Shown here one piece after another: positions 13,232 to 27,300 of a DNA stretch of 64,000 bases. Source of the stretch: Bilabrum cf. latius (lineage: Eukaryota); assembly GCA_965178125.1 (NCBI GenBank), contig OZ237766.1:496001-560000 (forward strand). Reading direction: 5' to 3'. Numbering within the stretch: the first letter of the stretch is position 1; each line of letters starts with the position of its first letter. The notes under the pieces are model-generated. The model was not told the origin of the DNA. It saw nothing but the letters and a program-made list of their open reading frames with translations, and did no database searches. Made by a program: the position numbers and the translations under genes.

Positions 13232-16202
13232 CCTGCGTGACCTAGTGCGCGAGCTGCACGAGCTGCGGGACCAACCCCTCGTGCTGGCCGAGCTGGCCCC
13301 TTTTGCTCCCCCCGGGGCAACGCTTGAGGACATCACCGGTTAGAACGAGCGAACAAGCTCGGGGAAATCGTCTCCCATGGGCGAAGGACGATCGCCTGCG
13401 GCCTCCTCCTCGCATCGCGGCGGCAGGGGCCGCTCACGGTCATGGTCGCACGCCGACCCAGCATCGAGAGACGGGCAGAGCTCACTGTCCCCTTCCCGAC
13501 GGGCCAAAGCCAAGGAGAAGACGGCTGAGCTCGTCAGCAGGTGGCTCTCATCCCGTTCCGGCGCTAGCTCTAGATCGAGATCCTGGTCGGGTTTCCTAGA
13601 CACTGCTGCGGCCGGGGGGTCCTCCATCGGCGGGGGATCGTGGAGCAGCTTTGAGAGGCTGGACGTGCATGCGCATGGGGCAGGGAGAAGGGGTTCTCGA
13701 TCCGGATCTAGGCAATTGAATCGAGTGAAGCAGCCAAGGCACAGCGGCAGTGGCAGCGGTGCCACTGCAGGGGGAGACAATAAATCGCAAGGCCCGAATC
13801 CACATCCTCAGAGCACTGATAGCACAAGCACCAGTCGTGTGACGGCTAGAAGCTCCAAATGGACCCAGGCTGGATCGACCACTCCCAGCTCTGGGGCAGC
13901 CGTGTTCCACCGGACCGATGGATCGTACGACGGTTCACCGATGGCGGGCACTGCTGCTACAACTACAGCGACTACTGTGGGGACAATCGTGACATCCTCC
14001 GCCTTTGCTGCTGCGGACGTAACCAGCGTGACTGGCACGTCTGGCCACCAGCACGGCAGCCGCTCGTCTTTGCCTCACCTGCAAGCTACGGAGCATCAGG
14101 TCATTACGAGACGGGAGTATGGGGGTCCATCCAGCAACACCACGAAGAAATAGAGAAAAGCATACGTAGAACATGCAACTGGCATCCGGGACAGAGACGG
14201 CGATGCTGGTGGATCAGATCGCCGTGCCCAAGCCGGGCGAACTCCCGGAATCCTGTCTCCCACATCAGCAGGGGTGACGAGCACGCCTGATGCCGAACGT
14301 GGTCAAAACATGCGGGTTTCATCTATGGGTCTCTCAACTGATAACAGGACTGGGCGGTCACGAATCGAAGCAGGCGGCAGTTGCAGCGAGGCAAGCTGCG
14401 GGAGCATCGGCATCGATGAAGAGGAAGTGGAAGGAGAAGATGAGGCCAGTTTCACCGACCCTGAGGAACTAGAGGAGCACCGAAAATTCCTCGCGGCTCT
14501 GGCGAAGTTCCGTGTGGCGAATGTACCCGCAGCTGCTCTGGAGTAGGACGGCTGGGGAAGCCCAGGCAGCGAGGCCGACCGTGCCAGCGATCGAGCCAGC
14601 GAGTCGGCGAACGATGCGCCATCCCCTCCTGCAAATGGCACCAGATCCAACTATCCGGACAGAGAGGAGCACCCAAAACCGGCGAAGGAAACCATTTCCG
14701 GCCTTCAAAAAAATGGCCTCACCGCCGGAGACACGCAGGGGCTGTTGCCCACGGCCCAGGATGCCGGCATGAAGCTTCCACCAGCCGACATGAAGCTTCC
14801 ACCAGAGCAGTCAGTGCCGACTACTGGCAATGAAGAACCGCTGGGTAGGGCGCCTTCATTTCAGAGTGCAACAGTGGATGCGCAAATGAGGCCTTCAAAC
14901 ACACCGAGTCCTGCGGTAGTGCCTGGTGCTGACCGTGGCATGCTCACACGAGCCGCTGTGCAGGCACGGCTCGCATCTGCTACCGAGACCAGTCAGGTAG
15001 TCCCAATTCCGACCAGGAGGGTGTATTCACACAGCGAGTTAGAACCTGCAGACCATCTCGCTGCTGCAGCTCACCGGAGCAAGGCATGGCTCAAGTCGCG
15101 CGGGATCGCCGGGTCGGACCGATCTGTAGGTCGCAAGGGCACCGGCACTGAGCGGCGGGGCGACTAGGCAGATGATGAGCACGGGTCATCAGTTTCGAAA
15201 AGAACGGGGCATGGCCGGCGAAGCAGGCGGGCATCTGCCTGGGGGTCAGATGATGGCGATGGCGACGGCGGTGATTCTGCGGACGATGAGGCAAGGAGCG
15301 CAAACACGCAGCCGGTAAGCTTAGCTCAAGACTCCGGCGGGGCCCGAGACACTACGCAGAAACGCGCGGTACTTTAGCCCAAGGGCAGCATGCGATTGAT
15401 GCAGCGCGTATCGCAGCGGCGGCAGTCGGAAGATGCAGCGGGCCTCGGGATGCTCTCATCCATGCACGGATTGTCGCCCACTCGGCGGAAGAGCTCGCTG
15501 GGGGAGTCATCCGGGCTGTTCTCCTACATGGACAAAGAGGCCACCTACAGGACTCCTGGGACCAATCCACCGGTGGAGCGACCTGCCGATGGCGTGCTGC
15601 CGCACGTCGGCAGGGATCGTTCGATCAGGCTAGAGTACTCCAGCGTCAGTAGGAGTGGTAGTGCTGCCTCCCGGGCCGGCACGGGTGTTGGAAGTGCGCC
15701 CAACGCAGCTAATCCTGCAGACGGTGGCACTGGCAATGCATCAGGGGGAGAAGGTAATCATGGGAATCGAATCGAGGTCGTGAATCAGCACGGCGAGATT
15801 CACGGGTTCTCTGGGTGCTCACTCAGCGACCTCTTGGCTCAAAGCGGGGATGGAGCAGCAGGTATTGAAGCAAGGGGTGACCCGATGCCACACGGAAAAG
15901 AGGCACCCTCCAAAAGCGATGCCAAAGCGAAGTAGATGAAGCACGGCGGCGAGCCCGGTGCGAGTGGAAGCGGGGATCTGCGGGAAGGGGCTGCGGAGTC
16001 CACTTCGAGAGCAATGAGAGATGTGAGCGTTGGGGACGTGCCCAGTTTGGAAGCACGCGTGGCGACTTTGAAGTAGTACAGGAGGCGGGGGGTCATGATG
16101 AAGGAGTAGGCCGAGCGAGGCGGGCGTGTTGACGGGGATTGGGAAGGCGGTGACGAGGATGAGTCGGGGCTCTCTGGCAGTTCAAGCTGGGGCATGTCGT
16201 GA
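12831..16202 (+). CDS. Hypothetical low-complexity/disordered protein, paralog A (~1,090 aa with TAG as sense)
   Basis: One frame from ATG 12831 through ORFs 12993, 13377, 14274, 14745 and 15390, broken only by TAG, to TGA 16200-16202. Probable intron 13107-13199 (gtaagc...cgcag) at the same position as in paralog B. Blocks shared with B: LVRELHELRDQPLVLAELAPFAPPGATLEDITG, SRSWSGFLD, RKFLAALAKFRVA, TPGTNPPVERPADGVLPHVGRDRSIRL, GDVPSLE.RVATLK. Confidence 0.8.
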
Positions 16203-16529
16203 CTCGTGAGTGAATATAATATGTCTGAGTCAAAGCACGCACTACCCAACTACAACGACCACCCCAAGAGGCAATCGCACTGGGCAGGTCGAACGGATCA
16301 GCAAGCTCACGCGGGCATGTCGTGACTCGTGAGTGAGCTTGAAAAATTTACCAGATGGACGGGTCTCGAATTTCTGGTAACGTATCCGGATCCGATGCCA
16401 TGGCGATTCTGCTATGATTGCTGGCGTTTGCTGTAGGCCTAGTTAGTGTGCATCCCAATGGACTAGCATCCTGGGGAATCCAGATGAGCATCACCCAGTT
16501 CTCACCATTTGTCCGTGGCTAAATCTGGA

Positions 16530-19500
16530 TCAACCCTTCTTTTGCACCCTGGTCCGAAATAAGCCGATCCCACTTGTACGATTGCTTTCATTCCTCCGCT
16601 CCATCCGGCTTCCACACATCCCGATGGCTCCGTTCACCCTTTCCAGTGTTTTCCGTCTCATGCCCCCGCTACCAATAATCATGCCGGTCTATCTGTTGCC
16701 TGCTTGCTCACTCACCAGGCCTCCCGTCAAGGCTACATCGTCGGATAGCACCAACGCTCGTCTCTGATGTTTGCGTCTCTACCCAAACCCAGGAACGACT
16801 GCGCTCGCACTGCTGCCCCTTGCCGGTCCAGACTCAGAGCCCCCGCCCATACTCGTTTTCTGACTGCCAGCGAGCATTGGGTTCTCAAAGCCCGATGCCT
16901 TAAGCCCCTTGTGCTACACCGCGCTAGCGGATTCCGAGCTAGCCTCTAGATCTAGGACCTTTAACCGCAATTTCTCCCTCTTGCGACGGATCACCTGTGG
17001 ATCCTCTGGGTCTTCCTACAAGATGCTCCACCAGAACATGACAAACAGTATAGATACACACATGATACTGCCCACGCCTGCCATGTATGTAAGCCCTAAC
17101 GCTGCTATGTCGAGCTGACTCCCGAATTGCGCTTGCAAGGCAGCATCCTGCCTCAGTGCCGCAACGGCATTCAGGGCAACCGCCAAGGAAGTTAGAAGCA
17201 GCGCACCTAGCTTTCCCGCCAGCTTCCACACATATTCCTTCAGGAATGGAGAAGCATTGTAGAAGATTGCGGCAGCCGTCACCATGACTAGCATCTGCAT
17301 TGTTGCCCCTAATATCACCCGAATTGGCTCCTGCGGCACCTCCAGGGGCTCGAAGCATGCAATCAGAAACAGCACCATCCAATCCACCACTCGAATCCAA
17401 GCCTTCGAGGCTCGATAGTCTCCTGCTGCAAAGTCCGCGAGTCGGTGCGTCTGCGGCAGGATCCGTGCACGGTCTCTCACGGTTTCAAGCAGCTGCAGTG
17501 CAATGGCAGGTGACACACTAGCGCCCCATCTCCGGCTGGCCGCGCGTCGCCTGGGCCCCCCGCCTCTCCTGCTCTTGGACGACCGGCCCGCCTTTGCTGC
17601 TCGCCCAACCCCTTGCTAGCTAACCCGAACCAGGGCCAGCTCTAGACCGTCCTTGGCAGACTCGCCGCTGGCCTCGCTTGCCGCCTGGCGAGATGACAAG
17701 AGAGTCATCGACTGGGAGGTAGCAGAGGCAGGGGCAGAGGCACTATTGAGCCTCGCTGGCCTGGATTCATCCTCACTAGTGGTTCGACTGCCGCGAGCCC
17801 CTGAACCTGCTTCTGTCGAACCGGGTCCTTCCGGCAAGATAGCACCGGCCGAACCCACAGCAGCCGAGTTCTTGCGGCTTTCAGATACTGCAGCTCCAGA
17901 GCGACGTCTCCCAAGCCGTAACATCCTCGTAGGGGCGGATACCCCGAGATCTGAGGCCACGCTGGCAAGGGTAGCACTCTAGTCCTTCTCGGCTGGATCT
18001 ACACCGCTGGTCTTGATCTTCTCTTGATCTTCCAGTATCTGCTTGAAAAGAAGCATCTGTTCGTCTTCGTACTTTCGCCTCAGCTGTTTAAGGGATAAGA
18101 ATTGTGCACGGGCCCGTCTACTGCTCTCAGACTTGCCTGCTGCATCCGGTGGCGAATCTAGCACCCGGGGACCTGTCGTGCCCCTGCGGGATGCTGGTCG
18201 TGGCGATTCGGATGACTTGGGCCGCACACAGACGCACTTCGTACACGCAAGTCTACTCGAGTCGTCCTTTGTTCTTGCTTGTTCCCTGGTTGCCTTCTTG
18301 AATAAATGCTTGGCTGAACTAAGCCATTCCGATGCCGGTGATGCCGCAACAGTCTTGTCTATTTCGGGCAGGATCACCCGCAGTAGGAACACAGGGAGGC
18401 CCACAATCACCACCAGGGTAGAAATCAATGACAACAGCATGGATCCGAGGTGCGCAGCATCCCTGTAGCAAACCACGGTTGGATCGTATGCAAGCAGCAT
18501 TGCGCCATCGCTCTACAGGCTCTGGTCATGACCATACGTCGCAAGAACCTGCGCCACCAGTTGTTCATCGTCAAAACTGCTGCTAGTCCAGTTTCTTGGG
18601 TTCTCACTGTGCCCTGACGGGTCTGACCCGTTATAGGCCGACAAGCCTTCGCTCTCATTCAGCCCGAGCGCCGCGACCGGCAGCGCTAGCTCTCTCACCG
18701 CCTGCGGATCTGCCAAACTAGCCAGAACTGACGGTGTCCTGCAGTCAAGTACCTGCACCACCGTGGTGCATACGACGGCGTACAACAGCGCGGTGATCGT
18801 CAACATGGCCCGCGACACGATCGCCACCGATGTCGATCCGTCGCCGGTAAGCACGCCGCCTATCTTGCTGGTTTCATCGTCAGCACTTTGCAGGACCGAT
18901 GAGCCGGGAGAAGGCGACGTTGCAGAAGACGATGAGATCTCCAGCGCGCCAATCAACACACCGGCGCTCGATCGTCGTCTACTGCGGGCATGGGAAGAAT
19001 CTACCGCATCGGAGGGGGCCTGCAGCCCTCCACCCGGCCGCATCTCGGTCCCAGTTGCACCTGGATCCTAGCCAGGGCCCCTTTCCGATGAAGACACCGC
19101 GGCCGCATGTTTAGCCGATGGCAAGCCTGTTCTCCAGAAAGTGATGTACCCGCCTATTGCTAGCATGACACTTGCAACCAGTAGGAGCATCTCCTGCCCC
19201 AGCTTGGTGCCTGTGATGCAATCCGGGTGCACGAGTGTGGAGCTCTCAAACCGGAACACGTCAAGCATGCGCACCACCGTGTAGTACCATTCTGGCAGGC
19301 CCGGGTGCACCGCTCTACCGGCCTGGGCCACAGTCTGCAGCAGCGCAGCGGTGTATAGGGAGAATTGCACAGCTCTCTTGGCTGCAAGAGACAGAGAGAT
19401 GCCGCGCCAGTAGGCCACTAAGCAGACAGCGAGCAGCAACAGCGAGCCGGCGAATAGCACGCCCCCGCCATAGAGTACGACCGGCTGCAGAAGTAGCCAC

Positions 19501-22500
19501 ATGGGAGGGGAGCTGGGGCACAGCTTGCAAGTGCCATCTTTCTGGGGGAACCGACCTTCCTGGCACCGTGAGCATCCAGTGGATCCTTGCCTGTATCCTT
19601 CACCGCACATGGACGCCTACAGCACGGCATCCCAGCCCAAGCAGCGTGCTTCCGCTGGGGCATTGCACCGCAGCACCAGTTCACTGCTCCCTTCCTGCGA
19701 CCAGTAGCCTGGGAGCGGATGCGCCTTGAATCCGCCGGGACAGGCTGCCCCCGCGGGGCATGGCCTGCACTCGTCACCCGCCCCATAGGCGCACACCAAG
19801 CCAGTCCGCACAGCATCTCTGTCGGCACATAGAGCTCCTGGCTCTGGATACCCCATGCACTGCTCCACGTACTCGATGCCGCCCCGAAGTATCAGGCCCA
19901 CGACCCCCCCACTGCCATCCATTTGATCAGCCACAGCTGCTACGGGCAGACTCATTCCACCGTATGTGCGCTGCTACCCCGCATCCGCAGTGTCAGCCGC
20001 GGAATGGTCCTACGGCTGCTCAGCTGCGGCCATGATGACACATCCCTGAATTTCACCTCCCTAGGCTGCCACGCGCCCTCCCTGCGCCCTCCACTAGCTC
20101 AGCAAGGCTTCCTCGCTACACAGCTCCATCGCAAGGCGGGTGGTCGTAGCATCTAGCACAACCGAGATGTTCGTACTGGATCGGAGCGACCTGCGAGCGC
20201 TGGGCGATGGGTTAGACCTACCTAAGCTGCTGCCGGTGCTACCGTTCGCGTTCGTCTGTAGCCAGTCGAGGGGCGGTGGCCAATCAATGCTAGGGTGAAC
20301 GGATCCATTGGATGCTCGTAACGGAGGTGGCGCAATCAGCATGGCGTGAGGCCCGCATGTTCCTGCTCTGAGGTCAGGCAGGGAGCTCACTTCGTCGTCT
20401 TCGCCCTAGGAATCAGCGCCCACTGCATTCCCGCACACACTCTGCTGCGAAGGAAGCCGCACCTGGGCGATATCGAACTGAGGTGATGCAGCCAGGACTT
20501 CCGCTTGCACCCCGCCCACAAATACCAGCGCCGATGGTGGCAAACACGGAACCCTCGACGCACCGCCTGTAGCCAGCGGGCATGCCACGGTGACCACCGC
20601 AGATCCACTGACGACCAGCTCAGGTCCAACCCAAGCAGTGACTGCTGATCTACCGGAAGATCTAGCCGCTTGCTTTGCAATCTGCATGGCCTTCTACACG
20701 GGATCATCGGCTTCATCACTGACTTCCTCGGTTCCATTACTGAGGTCACGGCCATGCAAACCCCTGAATCTCCTCCCCGCTCCGTCCGCGCTAGGATCAT
20801 CCGAAGCAGTCGATGCAGATCCACCAACCCAAGCAGATATATCTCGAGACGCGCGACCTAGCATTGCGGCCGCAGACCCTGGCGCGGGTGACGTGCTGGT
20901 TGCACCATCTGCCGCGCTGCCCCACACTGCATCAGGTAGTCTGGTCAAAATATCTGCCGGCTTGGGCCAGCGGACTGGCTACAGGCGAGCGGGGATGGCA
21001 ACGGCAACGGGACGCTAGTATGCTGCATTTTCTGCTGGACCGGGCAGCTCTGAAATGGAATTGGCGGATACTTCATAATCCAGCCCTTCCTCTTCGGACA
21101 GAAGCGCCAGCGTTGCTGCTTCATCGGCGGCGGTACTCGTCATGGCGCACACTATCCACACCGTGCGAAGCCCGTCACCCATGGGCGCGTTGTCCATGGT
21201 ACTACTGTCCAACATTGCCCGTACGATGCTTATGTTCACCTTGGGTTTGCTCAAGTCTGCCAATGCAGCCGCCGGTCGCTGCACAAATTGCAACGCTGGC
21301 ACCACGCCAAGCGCCGGTGAATCGCCTGACACCTCCTCGCGATCCTACGAACTGTGCGCCTTGCATACAACTAGAATGGTCTCACCCTCCGCAGGGGTCA
21401 CAGGCACCTCAATCCCGAATCGCGTTTCCTCCCGCACCGATGAAACTAGGGCACTTTGCACCAGAGGGAAGGAAACATCTTCCTAGTTCGGGGGGGAATT
21501 TAGCAGCATTGATGCCTCGAGTGACGATGGGTGCACCCCTAGGTCATCAGCCCGTCGTCGCAACTCGGAATAGTCGCCCACCGGTTCGAGGACCCACACC
21601 TGCACATCCTCACCAAATCCTCCCGGCACGTTGGATCCAGGGGAAGGAGACGGGGAGACAAGCGGCGAAGGGGACGGAGATGTACTTGGAATCGGCTCAA
21701 TGTATTCGAGCTGCAGGATCCAAGTTGCATCGCGTCCAGGGGACCCAACGGCCAGATTGGTGACTCCACCGCTCGACACATCCGCAAGGGTTGCAAGCGA
21801 AGTACCAAACAGGGAACTTTCGTCCAACACACTATCTAACCCGCCCTCATCATTTGAGACTTTTTGGTGCGCCTTAACCATCCCGTTTGATCGTAGAAAT
21901 ATGATCCACACTGCGCCTGCATCAAACGCACCGTCATCGTCTCTGGGTGCTCCTGCAGCAAGATCAACCACCCCGTCTCCATCGAGGTCACCTAGCACGG
22001 CAAGTGAGCGCCCAAAGCGGTCATTGAAACCAAACGTACCCGACAAGCCGCCTGCCCTGTTTGAGATTTTCTGGTACCCCTTGACTGTCCCGTTGGATCG
22101 CAAGAACAGGATCCAAACTGCTCCTGCATCAAACGCACCGTCATCATCATTGGGTGCTCCTGCCGCAAGGTCTACCACCCCATCACCATCAAGATCACCC
22201 AACTGGGCCAGCGAAAATCCAAAATTACCATTCTGGTCCAGATCCCCATCAAACAAGCCTTGCAGCATTGAGATTTTCTAGTGGACCTTTACCGTCCCGT
22301 TAGAATGCAGGAACAGGATCCAAACTGCGCCGGCAGCCCGCACACCGTCATCATCCATAGGTGCCCCCACCGCAAGATCCGCCACCCCATCACCATCCAA
22401 ATCACCTAGCTGGGCGAAAGAGGACCCAAACATTGTAGTTGCGCCAAGTTCCCTCTCGAACCTTTCGTCCGTGGCCGAAACATCACTGTGACTTGTGACC

Positions 22501-24367
22501 TGAAGCACGAAGTCAGCACCACCAAGGGCATTCAAATTACGATTAGAGCATATGCGAAGGGCTGGTCTTAGCACATCGCACGGTTGCCATCTTTCTTCTA
22601 AATGCACCGCATTGATCAGGGAACGACGCCTAGAAAACGGGTTGCTGGTTGTAGTTGGGTTCGGGGTGCTACTCGGAGTCACACTCTGGCTCGCGGTGGG
22701 GCTTGGGGACGAGGTAGGGCCGATTGAAAGCGTGGGGCTGACGTTGGGCGCGAGCGACGTGCTTGGAGATGGGATCGGTGCGACCAAATCGAACTGCAGG
22801 ATCCATGCGGCTCCCGCGTTCTTGCTTTTCGGAGCCCCCACGGCCACCGTGACAACCTTATCACCAGTCGCATCCCCAAGGGTAGCTACAGCATTCCCAA
22901 ACAAATCACCTTGCACCAGCTGCCCAGGGAACCCAACCTCGGTGCCTGAGAGTTTCCAGTGCCGCTTGACGGTCCCGTTGGATCTCAGCAACATAACCCA
23001 AACGGCACCTGCCTGCTCTCCACCATCGCTGGCCAGTTCTGCTCCAACCGCAAGATCCGCCGCCCCGTCACCATCCAGATCGCCTAGTTTGGCTAGTGAA
23101 GATCCGAATCGGCTACCTGAAGAGGGTTCCTAGCCGAACCCTCCTGTAGTACCCGTGATAGCATGTTGCGCCGTGACCTTCACCAAGGGTTGGGCAAGAC
23201 CGGGAGCTTGCAGAGTTCGAGGGCATCGGACGGAAGAATTTATGGAGGAGATCGGGCTTGATGCCGCAGCCGACAATGTAACGATCAGAGCTGGGGCTGG
23301 TGGTGCCAAGAAGAAACCTGAGCTGTCTTTCACTGACACTTTGCTGGCCAGCGTTACCGATACAATCTCAGTGCCGACAGGTGCCCCAGAGATAGCCGGC
23401 TTGATTATCCATGCCCTTTTGCTGCCTGCCCGGACCACGCTGGAGATCCCGGTGACTGTTGCTTTGCCTCCTTTCGATGTCACCGAAAATGCAGCAGCGC
23501 TGATGGGACCTCCTTCTGCTGACACCACGTTGCAGCTAAATGTGGCAATGATCCAGTTGGTGCTAGCATCGATGGCGGCATTCTATAGAGTTTCGCCTGA
23601 GACCGGCAGGTACTTCTCGTGGACTGTCTTCTCAATGGTGTAGTACGACGTAGCCGAATTTTGTACGTGCATTCGAAAGGTGATGTCGCCGGAGCCGGTG
23701 CCTGGGGGCGACCAGCGAATGACCATGCCGGTCTTGTTGCCAAACTGCGCGTGGCTCACGCCATTGCAGCCCGGGATCCTCCTACTGCGGCAATCAAAGT
23801 GTGAGGGAGATCCAAGCCTAACTACCAGTATCTTGGTGTTTGGGGCGTGTACGAGTCGAGGGGCGCAACTATGGGCTACTGGCGTAAAAGGGGTGGGCAA
23901 ATACGAGGCAATCGGGCACGTAGCAATTTAAATCGAGCACATGCGCACCTTTCTCACATGTTGCTGCTCCCTAGTCCGTCCAGAAGCGACCCGACAGCAG
24001 CAGTGCCCACGTTCTGCGCAGTAGGGCTCTCTCCGTACGGGTACGCGAAAATCCACGCACCTACCAGGGCTGCCGATGAGTCAATTCTCGATAGGCACAG
24101 GAACAAGTCGCCATGAGCGGTTCCATCGTACCCATCGGCGATTTCTGACGAGCATGCGGAGTTCAAGTGAAGCCTCATGTCCCATGGGCTGCCCGAACTG
24201 CTGCTGGTGTACAGACCTTGGTAGGTGCTGGTACAGCCAAAGGCGTCGTAATGCCCTGTAGAGCATGCTGGTACAGTCGCCACCAGAGACACAAGTACAC
24301 TAATAAAGGCGCTCAATTTAGCTGTAGTTCCGACGGATGTCACCGTACTGTGCGATCGTAAGGACAT
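16530..24367 (-). CDS. Large receptor-like surface protein: signal peptide, reeler-like domain, FG-GAP repeats, IPT-like and Cys-rich regions, multi-pass TM module (~2,550 aa with TAG as sense)
   Basis: Fourteen minus-strand ORFs from 23583 down to 17016 share one frame, are separated only by TAG and end at TGA 16530-16532. Exon 1 (24367-23958) has a hydrophobic signal. Intron 23957-23785 joins to IRRIPGCNGVSH...IRWSPPGTGSGDITF (reeler-like). FG-GAP repeats: FGxSLAxLGDLDGDGVxDLAxGAPxDDDG..AGAVWI. Cys-rich: CRPCPAGAACPGG, CGEGY, CSRC. Several hydrophobic helices lie in 19500-17020. Confidence 0.85.
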
Positions 24368-27300
24368 GATCAACACGGCACCCCAGTGTAACCAATTAGC
24401 CGGACAAGAGCCGCTCCTGCTGGAAGGCTCGGTCGCCAAATCGTTCAAAACAGGACTATCCATGCCCTCAATTCGATCAAAGCCCTCCTTCTTGCCGTTG
24501 AATTGCTATACCTACACCAGAAATGCTCGACTGTGGCACTCTGTAGTGATTGAGCTGATATCACAGTCTATATGTGCACCTTCAGCCAGATTCGGCCATC
24601 CTTGGGCGTCAATATACTCCAAACATGGCCAACATGAACTATGCAAGTCCTAGTAACCCAGGGTACTATAATACAGCATTTTAGCGGGAGAAATATGGCA
24701 ATGAACTAGATTATCTACAATACCATCACCAGACTCAGACGTGGTACTAGGAGCGTTTTTCGCGGCAATTGCATTCAATGCGGCGAAAACAACTACCAGT
24801 ACACTTGTCCTGCGTGCATAATACAGGTTAGGAGAACAAAAGGACGGGTAATGAATGGTGGCCCAAATTGGAGCCTTGTAAGCATCAGGCCAATATCGGC
24901 TGCACAATCTAGCTCCTCCAGACATGAATGACCAGGTGATTTCGATTTACTAACGACATTATTCTACCGAGTTTATCCCGTGGTACTCTCTCTCTGTGAT
25001 GGTATATAATTAGTAGACGTTTACTCCACGCGGGTCCGGAGTCGGTCACGGTCTCCGGGTTTTGCCACTACCAGAGTCAAGCTAAAGGAGATCTAGTGTA
25101 GGCTGCTGCAGCAATTTTGGAGTCGAGAAGCGCTAAAAGGTCTATTCAAAGATATTTATATGGAATCATTTTCTAGACAGGCGAGATTTCTCGTCATAAT
25201 GGCGCGGCTGGGCTTAAACCGAAGCATCCGGGAATCCATATTTTACCACTGGCGGCCACTTTATCACTCTCTCCTTCACATTTCCCCACTGGTAAACCTC
25301 ATGAGCTATCAAAGGGATTGCTACATTTAGCCGCGCCAACATGGTGTCAAACACATGATATCTGAGTAGTGTCTTATCTGGGTGCAATTTCGAGCCGCCT
25401 GCGCCCCGGCTGTGCCTGTTGAAGAAATGATGGAAGTGGCCTCACTGTGCATCAAGTTCCGTGTTGAGCGCCCTGGGGACCTCCAAACCCCAATACTGAA
25501 CCCTAGCTCCGCAACCTGCTCATAAGTATCTTTTTGGATCGGGCTGCATGATTCGTTCCTCGCATTTTACAAGGTGCCACACTCAGGCCCTCGATTTGCC
25601 AGACCAAACATTTAGCGTTTGATGCCGGGTCTACTTTTTAGGATCATCATCCCCCTAGGCAGTAAACCATACCTTGTTCAGTACATAGTATGAGCATGTG
25701 ATCTACATTGCGGACAGGCAGGGAAAGACTGGATCAGTAGGCACGTGAAGCTCTAGTTGACCTCCCAGGGAGGTGGAAAGCGAGCATTGAGAAGAGGAAA
25801 ATGAGTCAGGATTCGCTGGCAGCTCTTGTTATATGTACTTGGACATCTAGATTGAAGCGACGGGGAGCAGAGATGAGCCGGAAGTCGAGGTGGGCGCAGA
25901 CGAACAGAAGGTGGGGAGGAAAACGAGTGGAATACCACAGGCGACGACAGTGCGGTGTCAACAGGGAGAACACCACGGGAGGAATGGGGGCTCCAGGTGC
26001 CAGGCACAAGGGGGATGCGAGTGGCAGCGGGCTGCACGGCCAGCAGCCTGCATAATAGGTCAACAGGCGGGTGGATAGACGGCAGGTCGGCCAGGACCTG
26101 TACGTGCAAGCTGAGAGGATAGAGCCAAGGTGGCGATGCAGCGAGCAGCGCACACGGTCCCTGGGGCGAGGTACATGGATGGGAAGCAATGTAGCGATGA
26201 GGCCAGTCGACATGCATTGGGAATGTGGTGTATCCATCAGGGCTGTTCGTGATCGAGTGGGGGGAAAAGGAGGATGGACCTGTTTCCTCTGGAAACTCCA
26301 GGTGTTGCAATTTGGCTGTGTTTGCTGGTTCGCAGACCTGCGAGGTATGGAAGCGCATGTGGTCGCAGTGAGGATTCACTGCGGCAAGCGAAGGGTGCCC
26401 CTGGGCATTGCGCAGCGCCCTCTGCATGCTGAGGTACCTCTGATAACGTACGGCTGCATCATTAATGAGTCTATATCTTATACCTAACGCCGGATGGGGT
26501 TCGGGTTTGATGCGACGATGGGAGCGCAGGTAGCCATGCCTCCCGGTTTGTTCCGGTATAGGGCCGGTCGCAACCGTGATCGACGCGCACCGGAATTTAT
26601 GTGTTGCAGCTCTCTCTGTGTTCAGGAGAGGGACGGAGTTTGGGTTAACTCGTTTCCAGTGATAGATTAGCGGCTGCACATTCAGGGGTCATTGACCTAT
26701 CGAACCTGGGAACCTCGCAGGCATGCTGCCGAAATATGCGAGGCATATTTTAATCGATCGGAGAGTATCGAACTCGGGATTATGCAATACATAAATATTC
26801 GCACTGGCATTTATGTGATTGATCGCATAAAGTGTGCGCATATGTACCATTAATGAGTACAGGGTTCGATTCCTCTCGTTTTGACGACACCAAAGGCCTA
26901 GGATAGGCTTCGCAAGACTTCGCTAGACTATTCAAGATCATAACTACTTCTACGTGTGCTTGGGCTCTGGTAGCTATCATTACCTACGGGGTTCTAATGC
27001 TCAGTTTGCGGTGTAAAACAGAAGTATTTGCTATTTATATTCTGGCGATCGGCAGTACCGCCGGCACCAACCAGCCCTCGGCAATAGGCTAGCACACGGG
27101 CTTCGGCGAACACGAGCCACTCACAATAGTCATCCTCTCTTGAAGCCATGGGTATGTGTGGATCATCTCAATTGCTTTACAGCGACTAGTCACTTGGTAA
27201 TGCCCCCTTAAAACAAAGATTTGGTGATGACTCAGCGGCTCAGGCAGGACATCGCCTCCACTGTGAGCGTCAGTGGACCGTGAATGCTTTCGTAGGTATC

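Noticed and set aside
25753-26679. 308-aa minus-strand ORF as a gene
   Set aside because: Non-ATG start, composition typical of an antisense to purine-rich DNA, and no motif.
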